Part shown: in pieces, positions 1-9,554 of the stretch
Numbering within the stretch: position 1 is the stretch's first letter
Layout: the number at the start of each line of letters is the position of its first letter
Assembly (NCBI GenBank): GCA_051418015.1
Contig: JBPRGF010000017.1
Span: 192,001 to 256,000, forward strand
Direction of reading: 5' to 3'
Source of the DNA: Candidatus Nitrospinota bacterium M3_3B_026
GTDB taxonomy: Bacteria > Nitrospinota_A > UBA7883 > JBPRGF01
Length of the DNA stretch: 64,000 nt
Notes under the pieces: generated by a model
Told to the model about the DNA's origin: nothing
The model's database searches: none
The model's input: only the letters and a program-made list of their open reading frames with translations
Position numbers and translations under genes: made by a program

Positions 1-216
1 GGAAAGGCCGGAAAACTCCACGTTCCTCACGTCAAAATAGTCCTTCCTCACCGCCGCCTCGTATCCCGCGCTCGCCCCGAAGGCGGCGAGGCCTATCACC
101 ACCACCGCCGCCAAAAGCCACAGCGCGGCCCTCATGGCCGGGGCCGCTCTCCTCTTCAGGGCCGCGGCGCTTTTCTCCGCGGTTTTCTTTTTCTTTCTTT
201 TACGCTTCGAGGCCAC
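1..216 (-). CDS. ftsQ: Cell division protein FtsQ, N-terminal part (runs off the window)
   Basis: Manually translated from GTG at 216 (SD GAAGGAGG): basic N-terminus MASKRKRKKK, one TM helix, then YFDVRNVEFSG typical of a POTRA start; lies directly after ddl. Confidence 0.8.
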   Translation of the reverse strand, partial: MASKRKRKKKKTAEKSAAALKRRAAPAMRAALWLLAAVVVIGLAAFGASAGYEAAVRKDYFDVRNVEFSGLS

Positions 217-1138
217 TTGAAGCCTCCTTCAAAATGGTCAGCACGAGATCGTCGAAAGAAAGCCCCGCCGCCTTCGCTGCCATTGGCAGAAGGCTTGTCT
301 TCGTCATGCCGGGGATGGTGTTCAGTTCCAGAAACCAAGTCTTCCCCGCCTCGTCGACAATCAGCTCAGACCTTGAGAACCCCGCGCATCCCAGCGTCCT
401 GTGCGCCTTCATGGCCGCCCGCTCCACACGCTCCAACGCCGCGCTGTCGAGCCTTGCTGGAACGTGATACTCGGACCGGCCGGGGGTATATTTGCTGTCG
501 TAGTCGTAAAAACCTGAGGCGGCCTCTATCTCTATGGGCGGCAAAACCCTGTCTCCCAGTATCCCCACCGTCACCAGGCGGCCCTCGACGAAAACCTCGA
601 CCATGGCCGCGCCGCCTTCCCGCAACGCATCCTCTATCGCCGGGGCCACATGGCCCCTCTCCCGGCAGATGGTCACGCCTATGGACGACCCGCTTGCCGC
701 GGGTTTGACGACCACCGGAGGTTCCATGTCCGCCATCTTTTTTTCCTCCCCGGCGCGGACGGTCGTCCAGTCGGGAGTGTCTATCCCGGCGGCCCGCGCA
801 AGCGTCTTGGCAAGGGGTTTGTTCATCGCCAGCGCGCTCGACGCCACACCGGAGCCGGTGTACGGCACACCCAAAAGCTCCATGGCGCCCTGGACGGCCC
901 CGTCCTCGCCATGCTTGCCGTGCAGCGCTATAAAAGCCATGCCGATCCCCTCCTCCTCGACTCGGCGGCAAATATCCCGCCCGGCGTCTATCTCCACGGC
1001 GGAAAGCCCCAGCCGTTCCAGGGACTCCAGTACCGCCGCGCCGGTTCTGAGGCTCACCTCGCGCTCGCTGGATATCCCTCCCATCAGGACACCGATCCGG
1101 ACTCCCTCGAAGCGCTTCAGCGCGTCCTTCGCTTCCAT
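200..1138 (-). CDS. ddl: D-alanine--D-alanine ligase
   Basis: GGISSEREVS, LHGKHGEDG, GSSIG, FYDYDSKY, ELNTIPGMT motifs; dcw context. Confidence 0.97.
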   Translation of the reverse strand: MEAKDALKRFEGVRIGVLMGGISSEREVSLRTGAAVLESLERLGLSAVEIDAGRDICRRVEEEGIGMAFIALHGKHGEDGAVQGAMELLGVPYTGSGVASSALAMNKPLAKTLARAAGIDTPDWTTVRAGEEKKMADMEPPVVVKPAASGSSIGVTICRERGHVAPAIEDALREGGAAMVEVFVEGRLVTVGILGDRVLPPIEIEAASGFYDYDSKYTPGRSEYHVPARLDSAALERVERAAMKAHRTLGCAGFSRSELIVDEAGKTWFLELNTIPGMTKTSLLPMAAKAAGLSFDDLVLTILKEASSGLEA

Positions 1139-2028
1139 TATTCGAACCGTCCCACAAGCCTTATCTCGCGCTCCAGCCTGACGCCGAATTTTTCGTAGAC
1201 CTCCCGCTCCACCAGGAGCATGAGGTCGTGGACATCCGCGGCGCTGGCGGAGCCTGTGTTCACGATGAAGTTGGCGTGCTTTTCGGAGATCATGGCCCCG
1301 CCCGAGCGCGCGCCTTTCAACCCGGCGGCCTCCACGAGGCGTCCGGCGAAATCGCCGTGAGGGTTCTTGAACACCGATCCCGCGCTGGGCATGGAAAGCG
1401 GCTGCGACGCCTTTCTTTCAAGCTGAAGGCGCCTCATCGCAGCGTTTATCTTTTCCCTGCCCCCCTGCCGGAGCCTGAGGACGGCGGAGGTTATGACGCA
1501 ACCTTCGGGGAAAGAGGACGAGCGATAGCCGAACCCGGCCTCATCCCCGCGCAGCCTCACAGCCTCGCCTTCGCGGGTCACGACATCCACCGTCTCCACG
1601 ACGTCCTCCATCTGGCCTCCTCCCGCTCCGGCGTTCATTATCAACGCGCCGCCAAGCGCGCCGGGGATGCCATAAGCAAACTCGAGGCCCGCGGCTGAGG
1701 CTTTCATGGCCATGCCGGCGAGCTTTGTAAGCAGGACGCCCGCCCCCGCCTCGATCAGGACATCCTCCCCTTTCCTTTTGATTTCCACGGCGCGGAAAGC
1801 CTGACCCAGGCTCAGCGCTGTCCCCCGAACTCCCTCGTCGGAGACAAGCAGGTTCGACCCGCCGCCGAGGACCAGCGACACGCCGCCTTCCCGCATGACC
1901 TCCGCCAGCTCCCGGATGTTTCCGGGATATACGACGAGGTCCGCGGGGCCGCCCACGCGCAGGGTGGTCCTCTCCCTCATCGGGACTTTTTCTTCGCAAG
2001 CGATTCCACGCATAACCGGCGCCGTCAT
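1138..2028 (-). CDS. murB: UDP-N-acetylenolpyruvoylglucosamine reductase
   Basis: GGGSNLL, GIPG, MNAGA, SAGSVFKNP, KHANF motifs. Confidence 0.97.
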   Translation of the reverse strand: MTAPVMRGIACEEKVPMRERTTLRVGGPADLVVYPGNIRELAEVMREGGVSLVLGGGSNLLVSDEGVRGTALSLGQAFRAVEIKRKGEDVLIEAGAGVLLTKLAGMAMKASAAGLEFAYGIPGALGGALIMNAGAGGGQMEDVVETVDVVTREGEAVRLRGDEAGFGYRSSSFPEGCVITSAVLRLRQGGREKINAAMRRLQLERKASQPLSMPSAGSVFKNPHGDFAGRLVEAAGLKGARSGGAMISEKHANFIVNTGSASAADVHDLMLLVEREVYEKFGVRLEREIRLVGRFE

Positions 2029-3413
2029 TTTCCTTTCCGCCCTGAGAGCCTCTCCAGGAACATCTCGCCAGCCTTCATCACGTCACCCGCGCCCAGGGTC
2101 AGCACGATGTCCCCCTCCCGGGCGGCCGCCAGCAGGTGGTCTACGGCGGCCTCGAGGTCCGGGACGAATTTCACTCCCTTTTTGCCGTGCCTTGCCGCTC
2201 CCTCGGCGATGAGTTCCCCGCTCAGGCCCTCGATCGGCTTCTCCCCGGCGGGGTATATCTCGGTAACGATCAGCTCGTCGGCGTCGTAGAAGCAGGTGTG
2301 AAACTCCTCGAGGTGATCCCTTGTCCTCGTGTACCTGTGCGGCTGGAAGACGACCACCAGCCGCCTGTCCTCGAACCCTTCCTTTATTCCGCGCAAGGTG
2401 GCCATGATCTCGCTCGGGTGATGGCCGTAGTCGTCTATCACCATCACGCCGTCCGCCTCGCCCTTGAGTTGCAGCCTGCGTTCTATCCCGCCAAAACCGT
2501 CCAGCGCGCCGATGACCTCCTCGGCCTCCATCTCGAGTTCCAGCCCGACGGTGATGGCGGCCAGCGCGTTGTATATGTTGTGCAGACCGGGCATGTTTAT
2601 GGTCAGCCTGCCAAGCTCCCTTCCGTGGAAGGAGGCGGTGAACGTGGAGCCGAGCTTCGCGAACTCTATGTCTCTTGCTGTCACGTCGGCGGTGGATCTT
2701 ATCCCGTAGGTCCAGAACCTCTTCTCCAGCCTGGGTATGATCTCCTGGACTCCATCGTCATCCAGGCAGATGATCGACGCGCCATAAAACGGCGTCTTGT
2801 TTATGAACTGGACGAAAGCGTCCTTCACCGCGTCGTAGGACTTGTAGAAGTCCAGGTGCTCCGCGTCTATATTGGTCACCACGGCGATGGTGGGATACAG
2901 CCTCAGGAAGGACCCGTCGGACTCGTCCGCCTCGGCCACCAGAAAATCCCCCTTGCCGAGCTTCGCGCCAGAGCCGAACTTGTCCACGCGGCCGCCTATG
3001 ATAATGGTCGGGTCGAACCCTCCCCTGGACATGGTCACGGCAGTCATGGACGTGGCCGTCGTCTTCCCGTGCGACCCGGCCACGGCCACGGCGTATTTCA
3101 TGCGCATCAACTCCGCCAGCATCTGCGCCCTCGGTATCACCGGTATCATGCGTTCCTGGGCCTCGGCCACCTCGGGGTTGTCCGGCCCCACCGCGCTGGA
3201 TATGACCACCACCTCAGAATCGTTGACGTTCTTCGCGTCGTGGCCGACGGCGATCCGCGCGCCCGCCTCCCGCAGGCGGCGGACGGTCTCGGACTCGTAA
3301 AGGTCGGAGCCCGTGACCGAGTAGCCCATGTTCAGCAGTATCTGGGCTATGCCGCTCATCCCCGCGCCGCCGATCCCCACGAAGTGGATGCGCTTGGTCC
3401 TTCTGAATCTCAT
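2025..3413 (-). CDS. murC: UDP-N-acetylmuramate--L-alanine ligase
   Basis: GIGGAGMSG, GSHGKTT, EADESD, DDYGHHP, FQPHRYTRT motifs. Confidence 0.98.
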   Translation of the reverse strand: MRFRRTKRIHFVGIGGAGMSGIAQILLNMGYSVTGSDLYESETVRRLREAGARIAVGHDAKNVNDSEVVVISSAVGPDNPEVAEAQERMIPVIPRAQMLAELMRMKYAVAVAGSHGKTTATSMTAVTMSRGGFDPTIIIGGRVDKFGSGAKLGKGDFLVAEADESDGSFLRLYPTIAVVTNIDAEHLDFYKSYDAVKDAFVQFINKTPFYGASIICLDDDGVQEIIPRLEKRFWTYGIRSTADVTARDIEFAKLGSTFTASFHGRELGRLTINMPGLHNIYNALAAITVGLELEMEAEEVIGALDGFGGIERRLQLKGEADGVMVIDDYGHHPSEIMATLRGIKEGFEDRRLVVVFQPHRYTRTRDHLEEFHTCFYDADELIVTEIYPAGEKPIEGLSGELIAEGAARHGKKGVKFVPDLEAAVDHLLAAAREGDIVLTLGAGDVMKAGEMFLERLSGRKGK

Positions 3414-4495
3414 GCCGAGCGCTCCTTTCCGGCCATGTCGAAAAGCTCGCCGGCGATTCTCGCCGCCGCGTCCGGCGCGGCGAGGGCGCGGGCCTTCCTT
3501 CCCATCTCATCGAGCCTTTCCCTGCCCCTCGCGAACATCGAGACAAGCCTCGCCGCCACGGCGCCGTCCAGCTCCTCGTCCCTGACCATGATCGCGGCGC
3601 CGGCCTCCACCATCGCCAGGGCGTTCTTCTCCTGGTGATTGTCCGCGGCGTGAGGATAGGGGACATAGATCGCCGCGCGGCCGACGGCCAGGACCTCCGC
3701 CACGGCGCCCGCTCCGGCTCTGCTGATGACCAGGTCGGCGTCGGCCAGCCTCTGGGGCATATCGTGAAAAAACGCCTCCGCCGTCCATGAGAACGAGGCG
3801 GCGGCGCAAGCGTCTTTTATCATCCCGAGATCAGCGGGTCCCGTCTGGTGAGTCACGCTGATCAGGTCCGCCATCTCGTTGAGCATCGGAACGGCGTCGG
3901 CCATGGCCTTGTTGATAGACCTTGCGCCCTGGCTTCCGCCGGTCACGAGAACGTTCATCCTCCCGTCCTTTCTCGTCCGCCGGGCGCTGAAAAACTCCGG
4001 GCGGACGGGGTTGCCGGTGAACATCCCCACGCCCTTGGGGAAAAACCTTTCCGAGCCGGGCCACGTGATAAAAGCTTTCCGGGCGAACCTGCCGAAGAGC
4101 CTGTTCGCCATCCCCGGCGCGACATTCTGCTCAGCCAGCGCTATCGGCGTCCTCCTCAGCATGGCGGCCAGCAGGACCGGCGCGGAGGCGTAGCCCCCCA
4201 CCCCCAGGACGGCATCCGGCCCAAAGCGGGACAATATCCGCCCGGCCTTTCCCGCCGCCGCCAGCAGCAGAGCGATGGCGGCTCCCTTGCCCAGGGGGCC
4301 TTTTCCCTTGACGGCGGTCACGTTCAGCGTCTCGATGTCAAACCCCTCCCTGGGGATGAGCGCCGCTTCCATCCCCCTTTTCGCCCCGACGAAGAGGACG
4401 CGGCTCTCACCGTCCCTGCGCGTCACCTCCCGCGCCACGGCGACGCCGGGGTATATGTGCCCGCCTGTTCCTCCTCCGGTCACGATCAACCTCAT
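3410..4495 (-). CDS. murG: Lipid II GlcNAc transferase MurG
   Basis: GGGTGGH, GNPVR, GGSQGA, SRAGA, HQEKNA motifs. Confidence 0.97.
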   Translation of the reverse strand: MRLIVTGGGTGGHIYPGVAVAREVTRRDGESRVLFVGAKRGMEAALIPREGFDIETLNVTAVKGKGPLGKGAAIALLLAAAGKAGRILSRFGPDAVLGVGGYASAPVLLAAMLRRTPIALAEQNVAPGMANRLFGRFARKAFITWPGSERFFPKGVGMFTGNPVRPEFFSARRTRKDGRMNVLVTGGSQGARSINKAMADAVPMLNEMADLISVTHQTGPADLGMIKDACAAASFSWTAEAFFHDMPQRLADADLVISRAGAGAVAEVLAVGRAAIYVPYPHAADNHQEKNALAMVEAGAAIMVRDEELDGAVAARLVSMFARGRERLDEMGRKARALAAPDAAARIAGELFDMAGKERSA

Positions 4496-4511
4496 CTCCT
4501 TTGATCCCGTC

Positions 4512-5612
4512 TCATGCGGAATGCTCCGAAACGTTGGCCAAAAGCCCCACGCTCACAAGCCACATCACAAGCGCCGAGCCGCCAAGGCTTATGAAAGGCA
4601 GTGGCAGCCCCTTCGTCGGGGCCAGTCCCATGGCGACGGACATGTTTATGACCGCCTGCGCGGCCATGGCGAAGGTTATCCCCAGCGCGAGCAGTGAGCC
4701 GAAACGGTCCGGCGCGGCGAGCCCAGCGCGAAACCCTCTCCATGTAAGGGCGGCGAACAGGGCTATCACAATGAAGGCTCCGACGAAGCCGAGTTCTTCC
4801 CCGATGATGGAGAATATGAAGTCCGTGTGCGGCTCGGGCAGATAGAAAAGCTTCTGCGTCCCCGCGCCGAGCCCCGTCCCCCACAACCCTCCGTTCGAAA
4901 GCGCCACAAAGGACTGGATTATCTGGTAGCCGGAGTCGCTGGCGTCCCCCCAAGGATCCAGGAAGGACATGACCCTGCGCCTGCGGTAATCCACGCTGTA
5001 GACGGCGGCCCACAGTATCGGAAGCATGAAAAGAGCCGTCCCCAGAAGATACGAGAACCTTATTCCCGCCATGGTGAAAAGGAAAAAGGCGACAAGCCCG
5101 ATGATGAAGGCCGTCCCCAGGTCCGGCTGAAGCTGGACAAGAAAGAAGACAACCCCCAGGGCCACGAGGTTCGGCGCATAGCCGAACAAAAAGTCCTTCA
5201 GCTTTCCCTCGGCCTCTTTTTTGGCCAGCAGGGCCGCGAAGAATATCACCAGCGCCAGCTTGGCGAACTCCGACGGCTGGAAGGCGCCGAAGCCGAGGTC
5301 TATCCACCTCCTGGCGCCGTTCACGCTGTGGCCCACACCAGGCGAAAGCACCGCCAGCAGCGACAGGACCGCGCCGAAGTATATTATGTAGCCGTACCTG
5401 CTGAGGCTCCGGTAATCTATCCGCATGGCCGCAAACATCCCCGCGAGGCCCACGATCGTCCAGGCGGCCTGGCGTTTCAGAAAATAGTAGGTGTCGCCGA
5501 ACCTCTCCGCGGCCAGGATGGCGGAACTGGAGAATATCATCACTATGCCGACCGCGAGCAGGGCGACGGTGATGACGATTATCCAGTAGTCCGGACGCCT
5601 TTTTACCGGCAT
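4512..5612 (-). CDS. ftsW: SEDS peptidoglycan polymerase FtsW
   Basis: Multi-TM; GARRWI, QPSEFAK, LPEPHTDFIF, GLPLPFISLGG. Confidence 0.97.
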   Translation of the reverse strand: MPVKRRPDYWIIVITVALLAVGIVMIFSSSAILAAERFGDTYYFLKRQAAWTIVGLAGMFAAMRIDYRSLSRYGYIIYFGAVLSLLAVLSPGVGHSVNGARRWIDLGFGAFQPSEFAKLALVIFFAALLAKKEAEGKLKDFLFGYAPNLVALGVVFFLVQLQPDLGTAFIIGLVAFFLFTMAGIRFSYLLGTALFMLPILWAAVYSVDYRRRRVMSFLDPWGDASDSGYQIIQSFVALSNGGLWGTGLGAGTQKLFYLPEPHTDFIFSIIGEELGFVGAFIVIALFAALTWRGFRAGLAAPDRFGSLLALGITFAMAAQAVINMSVAMGLAPTKGLPLPFISLGGSALVMWLVSVGLLANVSEHSA

Positions 5613-7069
5613 TGCCCGCCCTCCATTTCTCCCCCTTCGCCGTATCTTCCCTTTTTCCCTTTCCTTTTTTTCGATCCGAAACGTTTGCGTTCGCGGGCGT
5701 TCCTCAATTTTCTAAGTTTTTCGCTCATCTCAAGAGAGCGGACGGCCGCCCCGAAAGCCTCGCCGCGCTGTTCGTAATTTTTGAACATGTCGAAGCTGGC
5801 GCACGCCGGGGAGAGCAGAATCGTGTCCCCCGGCGCGGCCATTTGCCGGGCCATTGCCACGGCCACCTCCATGTCCTTAGCGCGCCGGACCGGCTCGAAC
5901 CCGCCGAGCGCCTTTTCTATCCCCTGAGCCGTCGCGCCTATCAGGACTACGCCTTTGGCGTGTTTTCTCATGGCGGAAGCCAGTGGGCCAAAATCCGCCC
6001 CCTTGCTGGAGCCTCCGGCTATGAGAACGACGTCATTGTCAAAACCGGAAAGCGACTTCACCGTCGCGTCGACGTTCGTCCCCTTGGAGTCATTTATGAA
6101 AACTACGCCGTCCACCTCCGCGACGCGCTCCATCCTGTGGGGCAGGCCCTCGAACCCAGCGACGGCTTCTCTTATAGCGCCAGGCCCGGCGCCCGCCGCC
6201 AGCGCGGCCAGGGAGGCGGCCAGCGCGTTCTCCACGTTGCTCGGCCCTTTTATTCTCATTTCGCCGAGGGAGAAAAGATTGACTCTCTCCCCGTCGAACT
6301 CAGCCACGGCCATACCCTCCTCCACCCAGGCGCCTTCGCCTGTCATGGGATCGCGGCCAAAGCGCAGAATCCGCGCGCCTGTGGGCGGCATGATGTTTTT
6401 TAACAGTGGGGCGCCTGCGTTGAGGATCAGCGTGTCGCCTTCGCCCTGGTTTTCGTATATCCTGTTTTTGAGCGCGGCGTAGGCGGCCATTGTCCCGTGC
6501 CTGTCGATGTGATCCGGCGTGATGTTGAGTATCAACCCGATCCTGGGCCTGAAAGTCTTCACCCCCTCCAGCTGAAAGCTCGACACCTCCGCCACCACCC
6601 AGTCATAATCCCCGCCGGCCGCGTCGGCGAGCGGAGCGCCGATGTTGCCGCCGACGTAGGTTCTTTTGCCCGCCTTTTTCAGCATTTCACCGGTCAGCGC
6701 CGTGGTGGTGGATTTGCCGTTCGAGCCGGTCACGGCGATGATGGGGGCGGATATCAGCGTCGAGGAAAGCTCTATCTCCGAAACAAGCTCCACGCCCGCC
6801 TCCCGCAACGCCGATGGCAGCGGCGCGTCCCAGGGGACGCCGGGGCTTATCACGGCAAGGTCGTAGTCCAAAACCGGGACGCCTTCGTGACCGCCGAGGA
6901 ATTTTTTTGTTTTCTCGGGCAGGGCCGCGCAAAACTCGCCGAGGGACTCCTCGCTCCGCAGGTCGGTGACCGTGACATGGGCGCCCTGATCATCCAGCAG
7001 CCGCGCCGCGGAAAGGCCCGTCCTGGCGAGTCCTATGACCAGCGCTTTTCTGTTTTTGTAATCGGCCAC
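5603..7069 (-). CDS. murD: UDP-N-acetylmuramoyl-L-alanine--D-glutamate ligase
   Basis: TGSNGKSTT, EVSSFQLE, NDSKGTN, LSPACASFDMF; GTG start. Confidence 0.97.
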   Translation of the reverse strand: MADYKNRKALVIGLARTGLSAARLLDDQGAHVTVTDLRSEESLGEFCAALPEKTKKFLGGHEGVPVLDYDLAVISPGVPWDAPLPSALREAGVELVSEIELSSTLISAPIIAVTGSNGKSTTTALTGEMLKKAGKRTYVGGNIGAPLADAAGGDYDWVVAEVSSFQLEGVKTFRPRIGLILNITPDHIDRHGTMAAYAALKNRIYENQGEGDTLILNAGAPLLKNIMPPTGARILRFGRDPMTGEGAWVEEGMAVAEFDGERVNLFSLGEMRIKGPSNVENALAASLAALAAGAGPGAIREAVAGFEGLPHRMERVAEVDGVVFINDSKGTNVDATVKSLSGFDNDVVLIAGGSSKGADFGPLASAMRKHAKGVVLIGATAQGIEKALGGFEPVRRAKDMEVAVAMARQMAAPGDTILLSPACASFDMFKNYEQRGEAFGAAVRSLEMSEKLRKLRNARERKRFGSKKRKGKKGRYGEGGEMEGGQCR

Positions 7070-7075
7070 GGTCTT

Positions 7076-8158
7076 CTACCTCAGCTTCAGTGTGGAAAGC
7101 GAAAGCAGAGCCAGGATCACCGCCACGATCCAGAACCTGACTATGACCTGAGGCTCCGGCCATCCTAGCTGCTCGAAATGATGATGCAACGGCGCCATCT
7201 TGAAAGCGCGCCTGCCGGTGGCCTTGAACCACGCCACCTGGATGATCACCGACAGCGCCTCCACCACGAATATCCCCCCCACGATGACCAGGATGATCTC
7301 CTGCTTGCTCATCACCGCCACCGCGCCCAGCGCGCCGCCGAGGGCCGTGGAGCCGACGTTGCCCATGAAGATCATCGCGGGATAGCAGTTGTACCAGAGA
7401 AACCCCATGGACGCGCCCACCACCGCGGCGCAGAACACGGTCAGCTCGCCAAGCTCCACTATGTGCGGGATCATGAGGTATTCGGCGAACCTGGCGTGGC
7501 CGGTCACGTAGCATATGACAAGGTAGGCGCCGAAAGAGATGATGACCGGGCCTATGGCCAGCCCGTCGAGGCCATCGGTGAGGTTCACGGCGTTCGCCGC
7601 GCCGACGATCACCAGCATGGCGAAAGGGATGTAAAGGAGCCCGAGGTCCGGCTGTACATCCTTCAGAAACGGGACATGCACCTTCGTGACCTCCGGCGCG
7701 CCCGACTTCGCGGCGTATATGAGCATGACCACGGCGAAGGCGGCGGCGAACTGGAAGGCGAGCTTGGCCTTCCCGGAGACGCCGTGCCTTATTTTTTTCA
7801 GCTTGACGTAATCGTCGTAGAAGCCGATGGCCGCGAACAGGACGACGGACAGGAGAGCCGTCCATACATAGCCGTTCCAAAGGTCCGCCCAAAGCAGGGT
7901 GGGGATGAAGACGCATATCACTATCAGGAGGCCGCCCATCGTCGGCGTGCCCGCCTTGGGCAGGTGCGTCTTCGGACCGTCGTCGCGGATTATCTCCCCC
8001 ACCCGCATCCTCTTCAGCGCCCTTATGATCCACGGCCCAAGGACCATCGCCAGCGCGAGGGCGGTTATCACCGCATAGATGGAGCGGAAGGTTATGTAGC
8101 GGAAAACGTTCAGGACGGAGTACGTCTCGCTCAGCGGGTAGAGAAGATGGTACAGCAT
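7076..8158 (-). CDS. mraY: Phospho-N-acetylmuramoyl-pentapeptide transferase
   Basis: GTPTMGG, GFYDDY, NLTDGLDGLA, APLHHHFE; FMGN replaces the usual FMGD. Confidence 0.97.
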   Translation of the reverse strand: MLYHLLYPLSETYSVLNVFRYITFRSIYAVITALALAMVLGPWIIRALKRMRVGEIIRDDGPKTHLPKAGTPTMGGLLIVICVFIPTLLWADLWNGYVWTALLSVVLFAAIGFYDDYVKLKKIRHGVSGKAKLAFQFAAAFAVVMLIYAAKSGAPEVTKVHVPFLKDVQPDLGLLYIPFAMLVIVGAANAVNLTDGLDGLAIGPVIISFGAYLVICYVTGHARFAEYLMIPHIVELGELTVFCAAVVGASMGFLWYNCYPAMIFMGNVGSTALGGALGAVAVMSKQEIILVIVGGIFVVEALSVIIQVAWFKATGRRAFKMAPLHHHFEQLGWPEPQVIVRFWIVAVILALLSLSTLKLR

Positions 8159-8159
8159 G

Positions 8160-9554
8160 TCAGCGCCCTCCCGTTATCCCGGCGAGGATTTCCACGACCC
8201 TTTCCATCTCCATCCCCCTGGAGCCCTTCACCAGCACGATATCCCCGGGCTTTAGCGCCGCGGCGATGGAGCGCGCTATGGCGTGGGCGGATTTTGAGTT
8301 TTTCGTCCGCAACCCCTTCCGCCTGGCCTCGCCCGCCGTCAGGGACGCAAGTTTTCCGAGCGCGTAAACGTAATCAACCCCCGCCTCCGCGGCGAGCCTG
8401 CCAATTCTCCTGTGCGCCGTCTCGGCCCTGCGCCCAAGCTCCAGCATGTCGCCGAAAACGAATATCTTCCTGCCCCTGTCAAGCTCCGCGAGGGTTTTCA
8501 GGGCCGCTTCGGTGGACGCGGGGTTGGCGTTGTAGGAGTCGTTTATCACCAGCGCGCCGTTTCCCAGGCGGACCGGCTCCATCCGCATGGAGGCTGGCTT
8601 CACCCTGGCTATCCGCCCGGCCGCGCGCTCCGGGCCGACCCCCGCAAGCGACGCCGCGGCGAGGGCGGCGAGGGCGTTCTCCACGCTTTTCGCTCCCATG
8701 AGGGGCACGCGCGCCAGCGTCTCCCTCCCCTTGTGGTAGATCGCGGCGTAATGGCCGAGGCCGCCGTTGGCCCACGTGTCGACAAGAGACATGTCCGCGC
8801 AGGGGCTCCTTCCGAAGGTGACCGTTTTTCTCAGCCGCTGGCGCGCCTTCTCGATGATCGGGCGGCTGTTGGGGTCATCGGCGTTCAGGACGGCGGCGGC
8901 GCTTTTCGGCATGGCGTCTATCATCTCCGCCTTCGCCTCCCCCACGGCGGCCAGGGAGCGGAAGGCGCCTATATGGGCCGGGCCGACGTTGGTAATCACG
9001 CCAATGGAGGGCCTGGCTATTCCCGTGAGGCGTCCTATCTCCCCCGGCGCGTTCATCCCCATCTCCAGGACGGCGGCCTCGCTGCGCTCCGAGAGACGCA
9101 GGAGCGTCAACGGAAGGCCGATATGGTTGTTGAGGTTTCCCTCCGTCTTGAGCGTTCTGTACGCGCCGGAAATGGCGCGCGCGATCATCTCCTTGACGGT
9201 GGTCTTGCCGTTGGAGCCGGTGACGGCTATGACCTTCAGCCTCCTGAAGCGCCGGCGGTGGCTCGCGGCGAGGTCCTGAAGGGCGCGGATGGTCTCCTCC
9301 ACGACAATCACGGTCTTTCCGGCCAGGGACATGGCCAGGGCAGGCTCGCTGACAAGGGCGGCGGCGGCGCCTTTCTGAAAAGCCTCCCGAACGAACTCGT
9401 GGCCGTCGAAGCGGCTTCCTTTTATCGCCACGAAGAGTGAGCCGCGGCGGACCTTTCGCGAGTCTATCACCACGCCGCGCGTCGCCCGGCCCGAGCCCCT
9501 GATGAGGCGGCCGCCGGTGGCGGCGGCGATTTCCTCGACGCTAAACCCGGCCAT
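8160..9554 (-). CDS. murF: UDP-MurNAc-tripeptide--D-Ala-D-Ala ligase
   Basis: TGSNGKTTVK, GNLNNHIGLP, NDSYNANP, GDMLELG, KGSRG. Confidence 0.97.
   Translation of the reverse strand: MAGFSVEEIAAATGGRLIRGSGRATRGVVIDSRKVRRGSLFVAIKGSRFDGHEFVREAFQKGAAAALVSEPALAMSLAGKTVIVVEETIRALQDLAASHRRRFRRLKVIAVTGSNGKTTVKEMIARAISGAYRTLKTEGNLNNHIGLPLTLLRLSERSEAAVLEMGMNAPGEIGRLTGIARPSIGVITNVGPAHIGAFRSLAAVGEAKAEMIDAMPKSAAAVLNADDPNSRPIIEKARQRLRKTVTFGRSPCADMSLVDTWANGGLGHYAAIYHKGRETLARVPLMGAKSVENALAALAAASLAGVGPERAAGRIARVKPASMRMEPVRLGNGALVINDSYNANPASTEAALKTLAELDRGRKIFVFGDMLELGRRAETAHRRIGRLAAEAGVDYVYALGKLASLTAGEARRKGLRTKNSKSAHAIARSIAAALKPGDIVLVKGSRGMEMERVVEILAGITGGR

Noticed and set aside
360..380. Ddl has RSE in place of RxD at a metal-ligand site
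   Set aside because: Conservative change that I recall from other functional Ddl enzymes; the omega-loop Tyr indicates ordinary D-Ala-D-Ala specificity
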